From: an uncultured Alphaproteobacteria bacterium | GTDB taxonomy: Bacteria; Pseudomonadota; Alphaproteobacteria; RF32; CAG-239 | Assembly: GCA_944392155.1 (NCBI GenBank) | Contig: CALXVR010000003.1 | Span: forward strand, 3,059 to 67,058 | DNA length: 64,000 nucleotides | Direction: 5' to 3' | In this document: positions 9,834 through 19,209 of the stretch, piece by piece | How the letters are laid out: the number at the start of each line of letters is the position of its first letter | Numbering within the stretch: position 1 is the stretch's first letter | Notes under the pieces: model-generated | The model's database searches: none | Told to the model about the DNA's origin: nothing | Seen by the model: only the letters and a program-made list of their open reading frames with translations | Made by a program: the position numbers and the translations under genes

Positions 9834-11552
9834 TTAATTATCTGTTTTTTCACTATCAAGTTTACGCAAATAACGTTTGGTCATTTTTACGGCATTTTCA
9901 AAGTTTGAGGCTGTAGACACATCTTTGACCAGTCCTTCCTCCGTTAATGCTGCGTGTAAAACGCGTCGCGGTTGGGATTTGAGGTGTGAAAAGATAATTT
10001 TGGTGTCATGCTGTCTGAGCTTGCGGATGAATTCGACCAAAACGTTGGCACCGCTTGCGTCTACAACAGGAACCGACCCCATGCGGAAGATAATGACCTT
10101 CGGTGCTGTTGTCATTCTTCTAAAGAACATTGAAACTCTGGAGGCACCGCCAAAAAACAGAGGACCGGACAAGCGGATGGAAATAACGCCTTGTTCATTT
10201 AAGCTTTCGCTGATGTCTTGTCCTCTGGATACGTATTCAAATACGCTTTCATCGTTTGCTACTTCAATTTCTCTACTCATACGATGCATGAAGATAATGC
10301 TCGACATGATAAAGCCAACGCTGATTGCCGTGTTTAAATCTACCATTACGGTCAGTAGAAAAGTTACAATCAGGGTTACTCTATCTCCGCGCGGACCTTG
10401 CAATAAATGCCAAAATTTCGGGAAATTGAACATGTTATATGCAATAATTATCAAAACCGATGATAAGCAAGCCAAAGGAATGTATTTAGCAGCCGGAGAG
10501 AGTAAAAGCATAAATAGCAAGATGAAAACAGACTGCATTATGCCAGACAAAGGCGAGTAAGCTTTTGCTTTTACGTTGGTTGCACTACGAGCAATTGCTC
10601 CGGTTGCCGGAATACCTAAAAAGCAAGCACTTGCCAAGTTGGCAATACCCTCGCCTATGAGCTCGGCATTGGCATTGGTGTTATCACCGCTCATTGCATC
10701 AACCACCGTTGCGCTTAAAAGCGACTCCACACTTGCCAAAAAGGCTATTGCCAAAGCACTCGGCATTACTTTTAAGGCTAAATCGATGTTAAACTCCGGA
10801 ATATGCGGCATAGGCAAAAAGTGAGGAATTCCTCCAAATTTGCTACCGATGGTGTCAATGTTTAGCGAGAATAATGCAACAAACAAGGTTGAGCCGACGA
10901 CTCCTAAAAGAAATGCTGGGAGTTTTGGTTTGCGTATTTTAACATAAAATATTATGCCAAAAGACAAAATCGTAATGAAAACAGCCGTCCAGCTAAATTT
11001 GCTTAAATTTTCCAGATAGATTCTCCATTTGGGTAAAAATTCGGCAGGAACAGAGGCAATATCCAGCCCAAGCATATCTTTAACCTGAGTTGAAAACAGT
11101 AAAACGGCAATACCGGAGGTAAAGCCAACAACGACAGGATACGGAATATATTTTATATAAGTGCCTAATTTTAGGTAGCCTGCAATTATCATGACGAATC
11201 CGGCAACAACCATTGTCATGGTTAATCCTTCATAACCATATTGCTGGAGCGTGTTAAAAATTATGACAACAAAGGCGCCTGTCGGACCGCCAATTTGATA
11301 ACGACAACCACCCAACAAAGCAATGAAAAATCCAGCAACGACTGCTGTATATAAGCCTTGCGCCGGGCTTACCCCGGAAGCTATGGCAAAAGCCATACCT
11401 AAAGGAATGGATATGATGGCCAATGTTAATCCGGCAATGGCATCTCGCCGGAAAAATTCCATATTATATCCTTTATTTTTGATTACTTCATATAGTTTGG
11501 GAGCAAAATTTTGCCCATAAGCTGTAAAAAACTTGCGGATGATTGTGTACAT
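9834..11552 (-). CDS. SulP-family anion permease with C-terminal STAS domain
   Basis: The ORF is open to 11690. I place the start at MYTIIRKFF (ATG = complement of 11550-11552) because SulP proteins begin shortly before the FRRDAIAGLTLAIISIPLGMAFA motif. The C-terminal STAS-like region reads IRLSGPLFFGGAS...VIIFRMGSVPVVDASG. Confidence 0.88.
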   Translation of the reverse strand: MYTIIRKFFTAYGQNFAPKLYEVIKNKGYNMEFFRRDAIAGLTLAIISIPLGMAFAIASGVSPAQGLYTAVVAGFFIALLGGCRYQIGGPTGAFVVIIFNTLQQYGYEGLTMTMVVAGFVMIIAGYLKLGTYIKYIPYPVVVGFTSGIAVLLFSTQVKDMLGLDIASVPAEFLPKWRIYLENLSKFSWTAVFITILSFGIIFYVKIRKPKLPAFLLGVVGSTLFVALFSLNIDTIGSKFGGIPHFLPMPHIPEFNIDLALKVMPSALAIAFLASVESLLSATVVDAMSGDNTNANAELIGEGIANLASACFLGIPATGAIARSATNVKAKAYSPLSGIMQSVFILLFMLLLSPAAKYIPLACLSSVLIIIAYNMFNFPKFWHLLQGPRGDRVTLIVTFLLTVMVDLNTAISVGFIMSSIIFMHRMSREIEVANDESVFEYVSRGQDISESLNEQGVISIRLSGPLFFGGASRVSMFFRRMTTAPKVIIFRMGSVPVVDASGANVLVEFIRKLRQHDTKIIFSHLKSQPRRVLHAALTEEGLVKDVSTASNFENAVKMTKRYLRKLDSEKTDN

Positions 11553-11801
11553 TGTTTCTCTTCTTGAAAAAAGTTTTCTGAAAAATTCCGGCGTTAGGAA
11601 TACTCTTTTACTTGGAGTTGTCAACATATTCCGAAGAAATGCACAAAAATTTTTATCCTTTGAGTCTCTTGGTTTTGTTGAAATTGACATAAATTTATTC
11701 CTAATTTTTTCTGAAATCAGAATGTTACCATCACTTTTGTCTAGATTTTTGAAAAAAAATGTAATATATATTCCCTGTAAAAACTAAAAATCTGTTCTAT
11801 T

Positions 11802-12818
11802 ATGAAAAAGTTATTGTTTTTGGTAGGTCTGATCATGGTCGCTGCCGCCTGTACTTCTTCAGGTTCATCCAATCAAAACAATCAAAGTCAAAATTGTGAA
11901 GAAGAATCTCGGTCTTGTAACGGCTCGTTCGTGATTACAAAAGATCACAGAAACGGTGCTTGTGATTATGCTGTTTGTGTTGCTGATTATGATGATGAGG
12001 CGCAAACATTGCATCTGTATTTGGGAGATAATTCTTATGCTTACGGATTGTCTCAGATTAGTGAGGAATTCCACAAACAAGTTAAGAACAACAAAGTTAC
12101 CTTGTTGTTGGGGTTCGGCGATCCTATGCCTGCTGTTGTAGAAAAGGACGAAAGGTCTTATAAAATGCCTCCGCCTATTGAGACGGATTATAGACAGTTT
12201 ACATTCAAATGTATTCTGAAAGACAAGCCACTGGCGTTTGGGGTTTGTCAATATATTCAGATTTATAATGGAATGTTTCTGAACGGTCTGACTAAAATAG
12301 GAAATAAGACCTATGAAAATGGTCAATTTTTCTTCGGACCAGAAGATTTGGTCGTAGAAATTGATAAGTCTAAAACAGATAAAGGATATCTGTCGGCTGG
12401 GTTGGCCTTATATGATTCACCTCACAATTTTTACAGAAAGGACAGAGCCGGTGAATATAAATACGCTATTGTTCAATCTTATTGCGAGGATGGAATGCTC
12501 ATCTTAAAAATTGAAAATGAGCAAATATATAAGTACCCGCTGAATGCAATTGAGATTCGCCTGAGAAGAGAAATTGCCAATGGTAGACCTGTATCTGCTT
12601 TGCAGTTATCCAACAAAAAATGGATTCCTGTATTTTTGGATGAAGGCATGAGTGGCGTGTATGGTATGAATAGTGTTTTGTTTGCTACAGATAAGACCTA
12701 TCGGCTGAGGCCTCTTAATAGCTTAATCCATTATAATGATTTTATGTTAGAGGTTGGGATTACGACGTCTTACCAACCTATTGATTATTTTTTCTATAAG
12801 GCAAAAAAGACTAAGTAG
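11802..12818 (+). CDS. hypothetical lipoprotein
   Basis: 338 aa. A signal peptide with a lipobox-like LIMVAAAC is followed by an S/N/Q-rich linker. No family recognised. Confidence 0.55.
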   Translation: MKKLLFLVGLIMVAAACTSSGSSNQNNQSQNCEEESRSCNGSFVITKDHRNGACDYAVCVADYDDEAQTLHLYLGDNSYAYGLSQISEEFHKQVKNNKVTLLLGFGDPMPAVVEKDERSYKMPPPIETDYRQFTFKCILKDKPLAFGVCQYIQIYNGMFLNGLTKIGNKTYENGQFFFGPEDLVVEIDKSKTDKGYLSAGLALYDSPHNFYRKDRAGEYKYAIVQSYCEDGMLILKIENEQIYKYPLNAIEIRLRREIANGRPVSALQLSNKKWIPVFLDEGMSGVYGMNSVLFATDKTYRLRPLNSLIHYNDFMLEVGITTSYQPIDYFFYKAKKTK

Positions 12819-12820
12819 AT

Positions 12821-12865
12821 AAAGCCCTCAGATTTATTAATCTTAATAAATTCTGAGGGCTTTTC
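12821..12865. terminator. long bidirectional hairpin terminator
   Basis: AAAGCCCTCAGATTTATTAA-TC-TTAATAAATTCTGAGGGCTTT is a near-perfect ~20-bp stem. It lies between the convergent genes ending at 12818 and 12888. Confidence 0.75.
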
Positions 12866-12887
12866 GTGTCTGCTTAGCTTTTTCTGC

Positions 12888-14066
12888 TTAAGCAATCATC
12901 TCGCGAACGCGTTCTTTGATTTTTTCTACCGTATCGCCTTTAGGTGTATATTTTTCTTCAAAAGGCGCAATTGTTTCCCATTTCAACTCTTCAAAAACTT
13001 GCTGAATTTGGTTAACAACACCTGGTTTCCAACCATAAGAACCAAAAGCAAAGCCTTTTTTATTTTTAGGAGCCAAGCCTTTCATATAAGTTAAAAATCC
13101 GGCAACACGCGGAAACAGTTGATTGTTAAGTGTCGGGTTGCCGATGCAAACATATTTGGCATCCAAAAAGTCGACCATAACTTCTGAAACATTCTTAACC
13201 GCCAAACAATGTTTGACAACCGGAATGCCCGCATCTTGGAAAACAGACATTACGGCTTCCGCCAAAGTTGCGGTTGCACCCCACATCGTGTCATACACAA
13301 TAACTGCCTTGCCTTTGTTCTCTCCGCTGGCCCAATATGAATAAGCACCGATAATGGTATCAACCTCTTTTTCACCTGACCAAATACAGCCATGAGAAGG
13401 TGCAATCATATCAATATCCAAGCCTAAGCTGCCGGCTGTATCCAAAGCTTTGGAAGCCTGCGCGCCAAAGGGAAACAAAATGTTGGCATAGTAGCTCTTG
13501 GCATGCTGCATTACAACATCAAAGGGTTCTTCTTTTACAAAAATGCTATCAGATGCATAATGTTGTCCGAATCCATCATTTGACAACAATAATTTATCTT
13601 CCTTAACATAAGTCATCATAGAATCCGGCCAATGGAGCATCGGTGTGGTCATAAATGCCAAATTTCTTTGACCAATATTTAATGTATCTCCTGTTTTAAT
13701 GATTTCAAAATTCCAGCCTTCAGTATCAAAATGAGCCTCTAAAGCCGCCTTTCCTGCCGCATTGGTAACAACTTTGGCTTGAGGAGCTAATTTCATAATC
13801 TCAGGAATATTACCGGAGTGATCCATTTCAACGTGGTTTACAATAACATAAGCAATCTTTGAGAAGTCTGTTAAGCTCTTTACTCTGGCAATCATTTCAT
13901 CTGACATATAATGTTTTACACCATCTACCAGAGTGATTTTTTCATCCATAATCAAATATGAGTTATAAGTTGATCCATGTGGGGTAGCATAGCCATGGAA
14001 CTCAACCAAATTCCAATCTTTTACACCGACCCAATAGATATCTTTTTTAATTTCTACGCCGTTCAT
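12888..14066 (-). CDS. flavodiiron protein (FprA / rubredoxin:oxygen oxidoreductase type; O2 and/or NO reductase)
   Basis: 392 aa. The metallo-beta-lactamase-like N-domain carries the diiron ligand motif HVEMDHSG (HxExDH). The C-terminal half is flavodoxin-like (KAVIVYDTMWGATATLAEAV). Confidence 0.85.
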   Translation of the reverse strand: MNGVEIKKDIYWVGVKDWNLVEFHGYATPHGSTYNSYLIMDEKITLVDGVKHYMSDEMIARVKSLTDFSKIAYVIVNHVEMDHSGNIPEIMKLAPQAKVVTNAAGKAALEAHFDTEGWNFEIIKTGDTLNIGQRNLAFMTTPMLHWPDSMMTYVKEDKLLLSNDGFGQHYASDSIFVKEEPFDVVMQHAKSYYANILFPFGAQASKALDTAGSLGLDIDMIAPSHGCIWSGEKEVDTIIGAYSYWASGENKGKAVIVYDTMWGATATLAEAVMSVFQDAGIPVVKHCLAVKNVSEVMVDFLDAKYVCIGNPTLNNQLFPRVAGFLTYMKGLAPKNKKGFAFGSYGWKPGVVNQIQQVFEELKWETIAPFEEKYTPKGDTVEKIKERVREMIA

Positions 14067-14128
14067 TTTCTTCTCCTTGATTTAAAATGTATTTTGCGTT
14101 GCTATATAGATAATCTGAAAAATTGCTA

Positions 14129-14155
14129 TTGACAATATTTTAAATAAAATATAAA
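14129..14155 (+). promoter_or_regulatory. candidate sigma70-type promoter for perR-rbr
   Basis: TTGACA (14129-14134), a 15-nt spacer, then TATAAA (14150-14155). It is 36 nt upstream of the perR ATG. The spacer is short, so this is tentative. Confidence 0.35.
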
Positions 14156-14161
14156 CAATAA

Positions 14162-14176
14162 CAATAATCATTATCA
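14162..14176. promoter_or_regulatory. Fur-family (PerR/Fur) 7-1-7 operator-like inverted repeat
   Basis: CAATAATCATTATCA matches 14 of 15 positions of the TNATAATNATTATNA 7-1-7 Fur/PerR box. It contains ATAATCATTATC, which is identical to part of the classical Fur box. It lies between the putative -10 element and the perR start, in the intergenic region shared with fprA. Confidence 0.55.
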
Positions 14177-14190
14177 TTTATGGAAACAAA

Positions 14191-14571
14191 ATGAGATATT
14201 CACGTCAAAGAGAGCTTACACTTCAGGTTTTGCAGGAGAATGTTTGTCATCCGAGTGCTGACTTCATTTATGAAAAGATGAAGCAAAAGATGCCAAACAT
14301 CAGTCTGGCAACTGTTTACCGAAACCTTAATCAGCTCGCCGAAGCGGGAATTATTCGCAAGATTGAAGGATTGGATGGTGCTGTACATTTTGACCATAAT
14401 ACACACAACCATTATCATTTTGTTTGCATTAAATGTAATAAAGTTTACGATGTACCTTATGATGTTGCACCGAACTTGAATGATGAAGTTTTGGAGCGCA
14501 CGGGGTTACAAGTAATCACCCATGACATTACTTTTAAGGGTATTTGTCAGCATTGTCAAAAACATAACTAA
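14191..14571 (+). CDS. perR: Fur-family transcriptional regulator, probably peroxide-responsive PerR
   Basis: 126 aa. It has a winged-helix region ([19 protein letters not shown]), [14 protein letters not shown], and two CxxC pairs (CIKC, CQHC). The PerR assignment over Fur or Zur rests on context (rubrerythrin and FprA neighbours). Confidence 0.7.
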   Translation: MRYSRQRELTLQVLQENVCHPSADFIYEKMKQKMPNISLATVYRNLNQLAEAGIIRKIEGLDGAVHFDHNTHNHYHFVCIKCNKVYDVPYDVAPNLNDEVLERTGLQVITHDITFKGICQHCQKHN

Positions 14572-14593
14572 CTACTGTTTCAAGGAGATAACT

Positions 14594-15133
14594 ATGGAAC
14601 TTAAAGGATCTAAAACCGAGAAAAATTTGATGGAAGCATTCGCCGGCGAATCTATGGCTCGCAATAAGTATACTTATTATGCTTCTAAAGCTAAAAAAGA
14701 AGGTTATAACATTATTGCTGATAAGTTTGAGCAAACAGCAAACAATGAAAAAGAACATGCCAAGATTTGGTTCAAATTGCTTCATGACGGTGCTGTTGCT
14801 GACACAATTACTAATCTTAAAGACGCTGCTGCCGGTGAAAACTATGAGTGGACAACGATGTATGACCGCATGGCAAAAGAAGCTCATGAAGAAGGCTTTA
14901 CAAAAATTGCTTTCCTCTTTGAATCTGTTGCAAAGATTGAAAAAGGTCATGAAGAAAGATATAAAGCTTTGTTAGATTCTTTGGTTGAAGGCAAAATTTT
15001 TGAGCGCCCGACAAAAGTTATTTGGGAATGCGCTAACTGCGGTCACAGAGTTGAGAGCCCCAAAGCTCCTGAAAAATGCCCGGTTTGCGACCACCCGCAA
15101 GCATATTTCTTTGAGTTGCAGGAAGAATTTTAA
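14594..15133 (+). CDS. rbr: rubrerythrin
   Basis: The start is taken at ATG 14594, preceded by AAGGAG (14582-14587). The ferritin-like diiron domain reads [25 protein letters not shown].. and ..EKGHEERY. The C-terminus is rubredoxin-like (CANCGH...CPVCDH). Confidence 0.92.
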   Translation: MELKGSKTEKNLMEAFAGESMARNKYTYYASKAKKEGYNIIADKFEQTANNEKEHAKIWFKLLHDGAVADTITNLKDAAAGENYEWTTMYDRMAKEAHEEGFTKIAFLFESVAKIEKGHEERYKALLDSLVEGKIFERPTKVIWECANCGHRVESPKAPEKCPVCDHPQAYFFELQEEF

Positions 15134-15151
15134 TTTATATCTGCCCAAAAG

Positions 15152-15184
15152 AAAGCCTCTGCTCTTTGCAGGGGCTTTTGTTTA
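15152..15184 (+). terminator. intrinsic terminator downstream of rbr
   Basis: Stem AGCCTCTGC / GCAGGGGCT (one G-U pair), followed by TTTTGTTT. Confidence 0.65.
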
Positions 15185-15262
15185 TATAAAACTTAAAATA
15201 ATAGTTTAAAAAACGCAATTTTGGATTAGAATATCTGGAGTTTTTTTATTTTGAGGACTTTT

Positions 15263-16669
15263 ATGATGAAGCTGTCTGATATTTCGGGTGATATTGAGTT
15301 TAAAAAAACTGCGGTTGATTCTCGCAAGGTTGAAAAAGGTGATTTATTTGCTGTATTTACGGGAGATTCCGACCTTAATAAAAAATATGCAGAAGATGCC
15401 GTTGCCAGAGGTGCGGCTGCGGTTTTAACGGATGACGAAACGCTTTCTTTGTCCGTTCCTGTTGTTTGCCGTGCGGATGCGCCGCTTTTGCTGGGTGAAA
15501 TCAACAAAAAGCTCTATCAGCCCCTACCCGAAGTTTTTGCCGCGGTTACAGGTACTAACGGCAAAACATCCACAGTATCTTTCTTGCGCCAAATCTGGGA
15601 TTTTTCCGGGCTTAATGCCGCAAGTTTCGGAACACTCGGCGTTCGCACAAAAGATAAAACCGAATATACCGGTTGGACAACGGCTGATAATGTTACGATG
15701 TATCAGAAGCTTAATGAAGTTGCGCTCAAAGGAATTTCTCACATTGCCATAGAGGCCTCAAGCCATGGTTTGGCTCTGCATCGCCTTGCCGGTCTCAAAT
15801 TCAAAACAGCCGGATTTACCAATATTACGCAGGACCATTTGGACTTTCATCACACGATGGAAAATTACTTTAATGCCAAAATGCAACTTTTTGAAAATTA
15901 TATGGAAAAAGGTGCTACGGTCGTGCTTAATGCAGACGTTGCGGAATTTGAAAAAATTAAAGAATTATGCGAATCTTTGGGGCTAACTGTTTGGTCTTAT
16001 GGAGAAAAAGGAAAAGAGCTGAAACTTGCCAAACAAAATCTGCACCAAGTCGGACAAGATTTAGATTTGGAGATTTTTGGTAAAAAATATTCTGTTCCGA
16101 CACAAATCACCGGGGCTTTTCAGGCTTGGAATGCTCTTTGCGCTCTCGGAATGGCTCTGGCGACAGGAGTTCGCGAAGATAATGCCATTAACGCTTTATC
16201 CAAACTTAAAAATCCCGAAGGGCGAATGGAACTTGTCGGGACAACAGCCAAAGGCGCCAGTGTCTATGTTGACTTTGCGCACACGCCTGATGGTATTGAA
16301 AACGCTTTGAAATCACTTAAAAATCATGCTCAAGGCAAACTCTGGATTGCTTTCGGCTGCGGCGGTAATCGAGATGCGACCAAGCGCCCTAAAATGGGAG
16401 CTATCGCAGCCGCTTTGGCTGATGAGGTTATTGTTACGGATGATAATCCGCGCTTTGAAAATCCGGCAGATATTCGTCAACAGATTTTGGCTGCCGCACC
16501 GAACGCGCTTGAAATCGGAGAAAGAGCCGAAGCCATCAAATATGTTATGCAAAAGGCAGGGAAAGGCGATGTTATTCTTCTTGCTGGAAAAGGACATGAA
16601 GAAGGTCAAATTGTTCAAGGCAAGGTCTTACCTTTTAATGATAAAAAAGAAGTTTTGAAAAACTTATAA
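15263..16669 (+). CDS. murE: UDP-N-acetylmuramoyl-L-alanyl-D-glutamate--2,6-diaminopimelate ligase
   Basis: The Mur ligase P-loop is VTGTNGKTS. The DNPR motif (VTDDNPRFENP) is characteristic of meso-DAP-adding MurE. ATG at 15263 is preferred over the track TTG at 15251. Confidence 0.9.
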   Translation: MMKLSDISGDIEFKKTAVDSRKVEKGDLFAVFTGDSDLNKKYAEDAVARGAAAVLTDDETLSLSVPVVCRADAPLLLGEINKKLYQPLPEVFAAVTGTNGKTSTVSFLRQIWDFSGLNAASFGTLGVRTKDKTEYTGWTTADNVTMYQKLNEVALKGISHIAIEASSHGLALHRLAGLKFKTAGFTNITQDHLDFHHTMENYFNAKMQLFENYMEKGATVVLNADVAEFEKIKELCESLGLTVWSYGEKGKELKLAKQNLHQVGQDLDLEIFGKKYSVPTQITGAFQAWNALCALGMALATGVREDNAINALSKLKNPEGRMELVGTTAKGASVYVDFAHTPDGIENALKSLKNHAQGKLWIAFGCGGNRDATKRPKMGAIAAALADEVIVTDDNPRFENPADIRQQILAAAPNALEIGERAEAIKYVMQKAGKGDVILLAGKGHEEGQIVQGKVLPFNDKKEVLKNL

Positions 16670-16673
16670 TTCC

Positions 16674-16710
16674 CAAAAAAAGCTCCGCAAATTTGTGGAG
16701 CTTAATTTTT
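16674..16710. terminator. bidirectional terminator between murE and cspA
   Basis: AAAAAAAGCTCCGCAAATTTGTGGAGCTTAATTTTT: the stem is flanked by an A-run and a T-run. Confidence 0.7.
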
Positions 16711-16730
16711 GTTCGTAAAATGGCCGGTAA

Positions 16731-16937
16731 TTATTCGGCTACTTTAAGACTTCCGGCAACTGTTTTGCCTCTTTCGGTAGCCAATTCATAATTGATTTTG
16801 GCACCTTCATTAAGTGTTCTCATGCCGGCGGCCTGAACTGCCGAGATGTGAACGAAAATATCATTACCGCCTTCATCCGGTGTGATGAAGCCATAACCTT
16901 TTTTGTTATTAAACCATTTTACTGTTCCTGTTGCCAT
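16731..16937 (-). CDS. cspA: cold-shock protein (CspA family)
   Basis: 68 aa. GTVKWFNNKKGYGFI (RNP1) and DIFVHIS (RNP2) are present. Confidence 0.93.
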   Translation of the reverse strand: MATGTVKWFNNKKGYGFITPDEGGNDIFVHISAVQAAGMRTLNEGAKINYELATERGKTVAGSLKVAE

Positions 16938-17135
16938 AACTTTATCCTTTTCACAAACAGGTTGATACGCTTTGTTTATAGAAGCTTTTTAACGGCGACT
17001 ACCTTTAAATTAGTAATATAGTTATGCTCTCTTGGCAAGATAATTTATAAAAAATTACTTTAGCCTGTTAGTGGTTGTTTTTTTCTTTTTTGTTATTATA
17101 TATATAATGTGTTTTGTTTGCGGAAAGGATTAAGA

Positions 17136-17504
17136 ATGAGAACGTCTTCTTTGATTTTTGGGCTGTTTTTACCCTTGTTTGTCGGCTTAATATCCATTGC
17201 TGAAGCAAAGTCAGATAAAGATAATTTTTCGGTTGAAAGCCACTGGTTGTCAAAAGAAAAGAAAGATATTGCCGAACAATATGACAAGGCTATTTATAAG
17301 ATTGAAAAATCACAATTAGATGAAAACATCAAAAATATGCTCAAAAAACAAGCCGATGAAAACAAAAATCTGGTTATGAAACAGGCCGAAGAAATTGATG
17401 ATTTGATGAAAAAGAATCAGACCGCAAGAGAACCTTATCGCGCCGAAATTATGAAAGATAAGTCTAACCGTAAGGCCGTCAAAGAAGTTGACGATATTTT
17501 ATAA
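17136..17504 (+). CDS. hypothetical secreted, lysine/glutamate-rich helical protein
   Basis: The start is taken at ATG 17136, after AAGGA. The signal peptide is MRTSSLIFGLFLPLFVGLISIAEA. The remainder is charged and coiled-coil-like. Confidence 0.55.
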   Translation: MRTSSLIFGLFLPLFVGLISIAEAKSDKDNFSVESHWLSKEKKDIAEQYDKAIYKIEKSQLDENIKNMLKKQADENKNLVMKQAEEIDDLMKKNQTAREPYRAEIMKDKSNRKAVKEVDDIL

Positions 17505-17524
17505 AAAAAACTCCACTTTCTCCA

Positions 17525-17558
17525 AACAGCTCTGTAGGCTAACAGAGCTGTTTTTTTT
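17525..17558 (+). terminator. intrinsic terminator
   Basis: Perfect 11-bp stem AACAGCTCTGT / ACAGAGCTGTT, followed by a T-run. Confidence 0.8.
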
Positions 17559-17665
17559 GTAAATTAGCTATTCACAAATTAAAAATTCTTTGTTAAATTG
17601 GGGCGTTACCTGCGGCATTGGGGCTGCGGGTCTTTAATTGCGATATTAAAAAAAGGAATTTAGAT

Positions 17666-19186
17666 ATGACATTGAAAAATACAAGAGCCGGAAACTATCC
17701 GGAATGGTATCAAAACGTTGTGGCAGAAGCTGATATGGCCGAGAATTCATCCAGCCCGGGTTGTATGGTTATTAAACCTTGGGGATATGGTATATGGGAG
17801 CGTATCCGCGATGTTTTTGATGAGAAAATTAAGTCAACCGACCACGAAAACTGCTATTTTCCAATGTTTATCCCGCTTTCCTTTTTTCAAAAAGAAGCTG
17901 AACATGTGGACGGTTTTGCTAAGGAAATGGCTGTGGTTACGCATTCGCGCCTTTCTATGAAAGACGGTAAGCTTACACCAGATTCAGAACTTGATGAACC
18001 TTTAATCGTACGCCCGACATCTGAGGCTATTATTGCCGACTCTTTCTCAAAATGGGTTAAATCATACCGCGATTTGCCGGTTTTGGTTAACCAATGGGCA
18101 AACGTGGTTCGTTGGGAAATGCGCCCTCGCCTGTTTTTGAGAACACGCGAATTCTTGTGGCAAGAAGGTCATACGGCACACTCTTCTGCTCAAGAAGCCG
18201 AAGAAGAAACAAAGCGCATGCTGGAAGCTTATCGTGAGCTTTGTGAAGAAACTTTGGCTATGCCGGTTATTTGCGGTCGTAAGCCTGAACACGAAAAATT
18301 CCCTGGCGCCGTTGATACATATTGCGTCGAAGCTATGATGCAAGACGGTAAAGCTCTGCAAGCCGGTACATCTCACTTCCTCGGACAGAATTTTGCAAAA
18401 TCCGCCAATATCTCTTTTGTTAATAAAAACAACCAGCCGGAATTTGCTTATACAACTTCTTGGGGTGTTTCAACACGTCTTATCGGCGGTGTGATTATGA
18501 CGCACGCAGATGATGAAGGTATGGTTGTTCCGCCGAAGATTGCGCCGTACCAAGTTGTTATTGTTCCCGTCATCAAAAATGACAGCGATGAAGAAACGGT
18601 TATGGCCTATATTAAAGGCTTGCAAAGCGAACTTTTGGCGCAAAAACCGTTCGGCGAGAAAATCCGCATTAAACTTGATAAACGTGACCGCAAGAGTGTT
18701 GATAAGTTTTGGGAGTGGACACGCAAAGGTGCGCCGATTATTCTTGAAATCGGACCTCGTGATGTGGCTGAAAACAATGTTATGCTCAAAGAGCGCATTC
18801 GTCTTGGCACTCCTGAGGGCAAAGTTGTGCTTAACAAGGACGAATTTGTTAAGACCGTTGCTCAACGCTTGGAAAACATTCAGAAAGAAATGTTTGAGAA
18901 AGCTAAAGCTCGTCTTGAAAAGAACGTGCGTACAGATATTAAAACACAAAAAGATTTTCAGGAATATTTTGCAAACTCAAACTCTTGGATTGAAGACGGC
19001 AAAGACGGAAAAGTTGCTTTTGTTCGCGGCAAATGGAGCGGAGATGCCAATTCCGAAGAGCTTTTGAAGGTAATGAAAATCACCATTCGCTGTATCCCGT
19101 TTGATCAAAGCGGTACCAAAGGCGAATGTTTGCTGACAGGCAAAGCTGACGCAACTATTGATGTTATTTATGCAAGAAGTTATTAA
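17666..19186 (+). CDS. proS: proline--tRNA ligase, archaeal/eukaryote-like architecture
   Basis: The start is ATG 17666, after AAGGA. The N-terminus NYPEWYQNVVAEADMAE..PGCMVIKPWGYGIWE is present, as are class II motifs. There is no bacterial INS editing insertion. The C-terminal domain ends in the conserved terminal Tyr (..IDVIYARSY). Confidence 0.9.
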   Translation: MTLKNTRAGNYPEWYQNVVAEADMAENSSSPGCMVIKPWGYGIWERIRDVFDEKIKSTDHENCYFPMFIPLSFFQKEAEHVDGFAKEMAVVTHSRLSMKDGKLTPDSELDEPLIVRPTSEAIIADSFSKWVKSYRDLPVLVNQWANVVRWEMRPRLFLRTREFLWQEGHTAHSSAQEAEEETKRMLEAYRELCEETLAMPVICGRKPEHEKFPGAVDTYCVEAMMQDGKALQAGTSHFLGQNFAKSANISFVNKNNQPEFAYTTSWGVSTRLIGGVIMTHADDEGMVVPPKIAPYQVVIVPVIKNDSDEETVMAYIKGLQSELLAQKPFGEKIRIKLDKRDRKSVDKFWEWTRKGAPIILEIGPRDVAENNVMLKERIRLGTPEGKVVLNKDEFVKTVAQRLENIQKEMFEKAKARLEKNVRTDIKTQKDFQEYFANSNSWIEDGKDGKVAFVRGKWSGDANSEELLKVMKITIRCIPFDQSGTKGECLLTGKADATIDVIYARSY

Positions 19187-19209
19187 CCTCTTGTAAAAAG
19201 GAGAAAACC

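Noticed and set aside
17085-17112. AT-rich near-palindrome TGTTATTATATATATAATGTG, considered as a dif/Xer site.
   Set aside because: The half-sites do not match the XerC/XerD arm consensus (..CATAA / TTATG..). The sequence lies in the AT-rich region between cspA and the 17136 gene, where promoter elements are expected.
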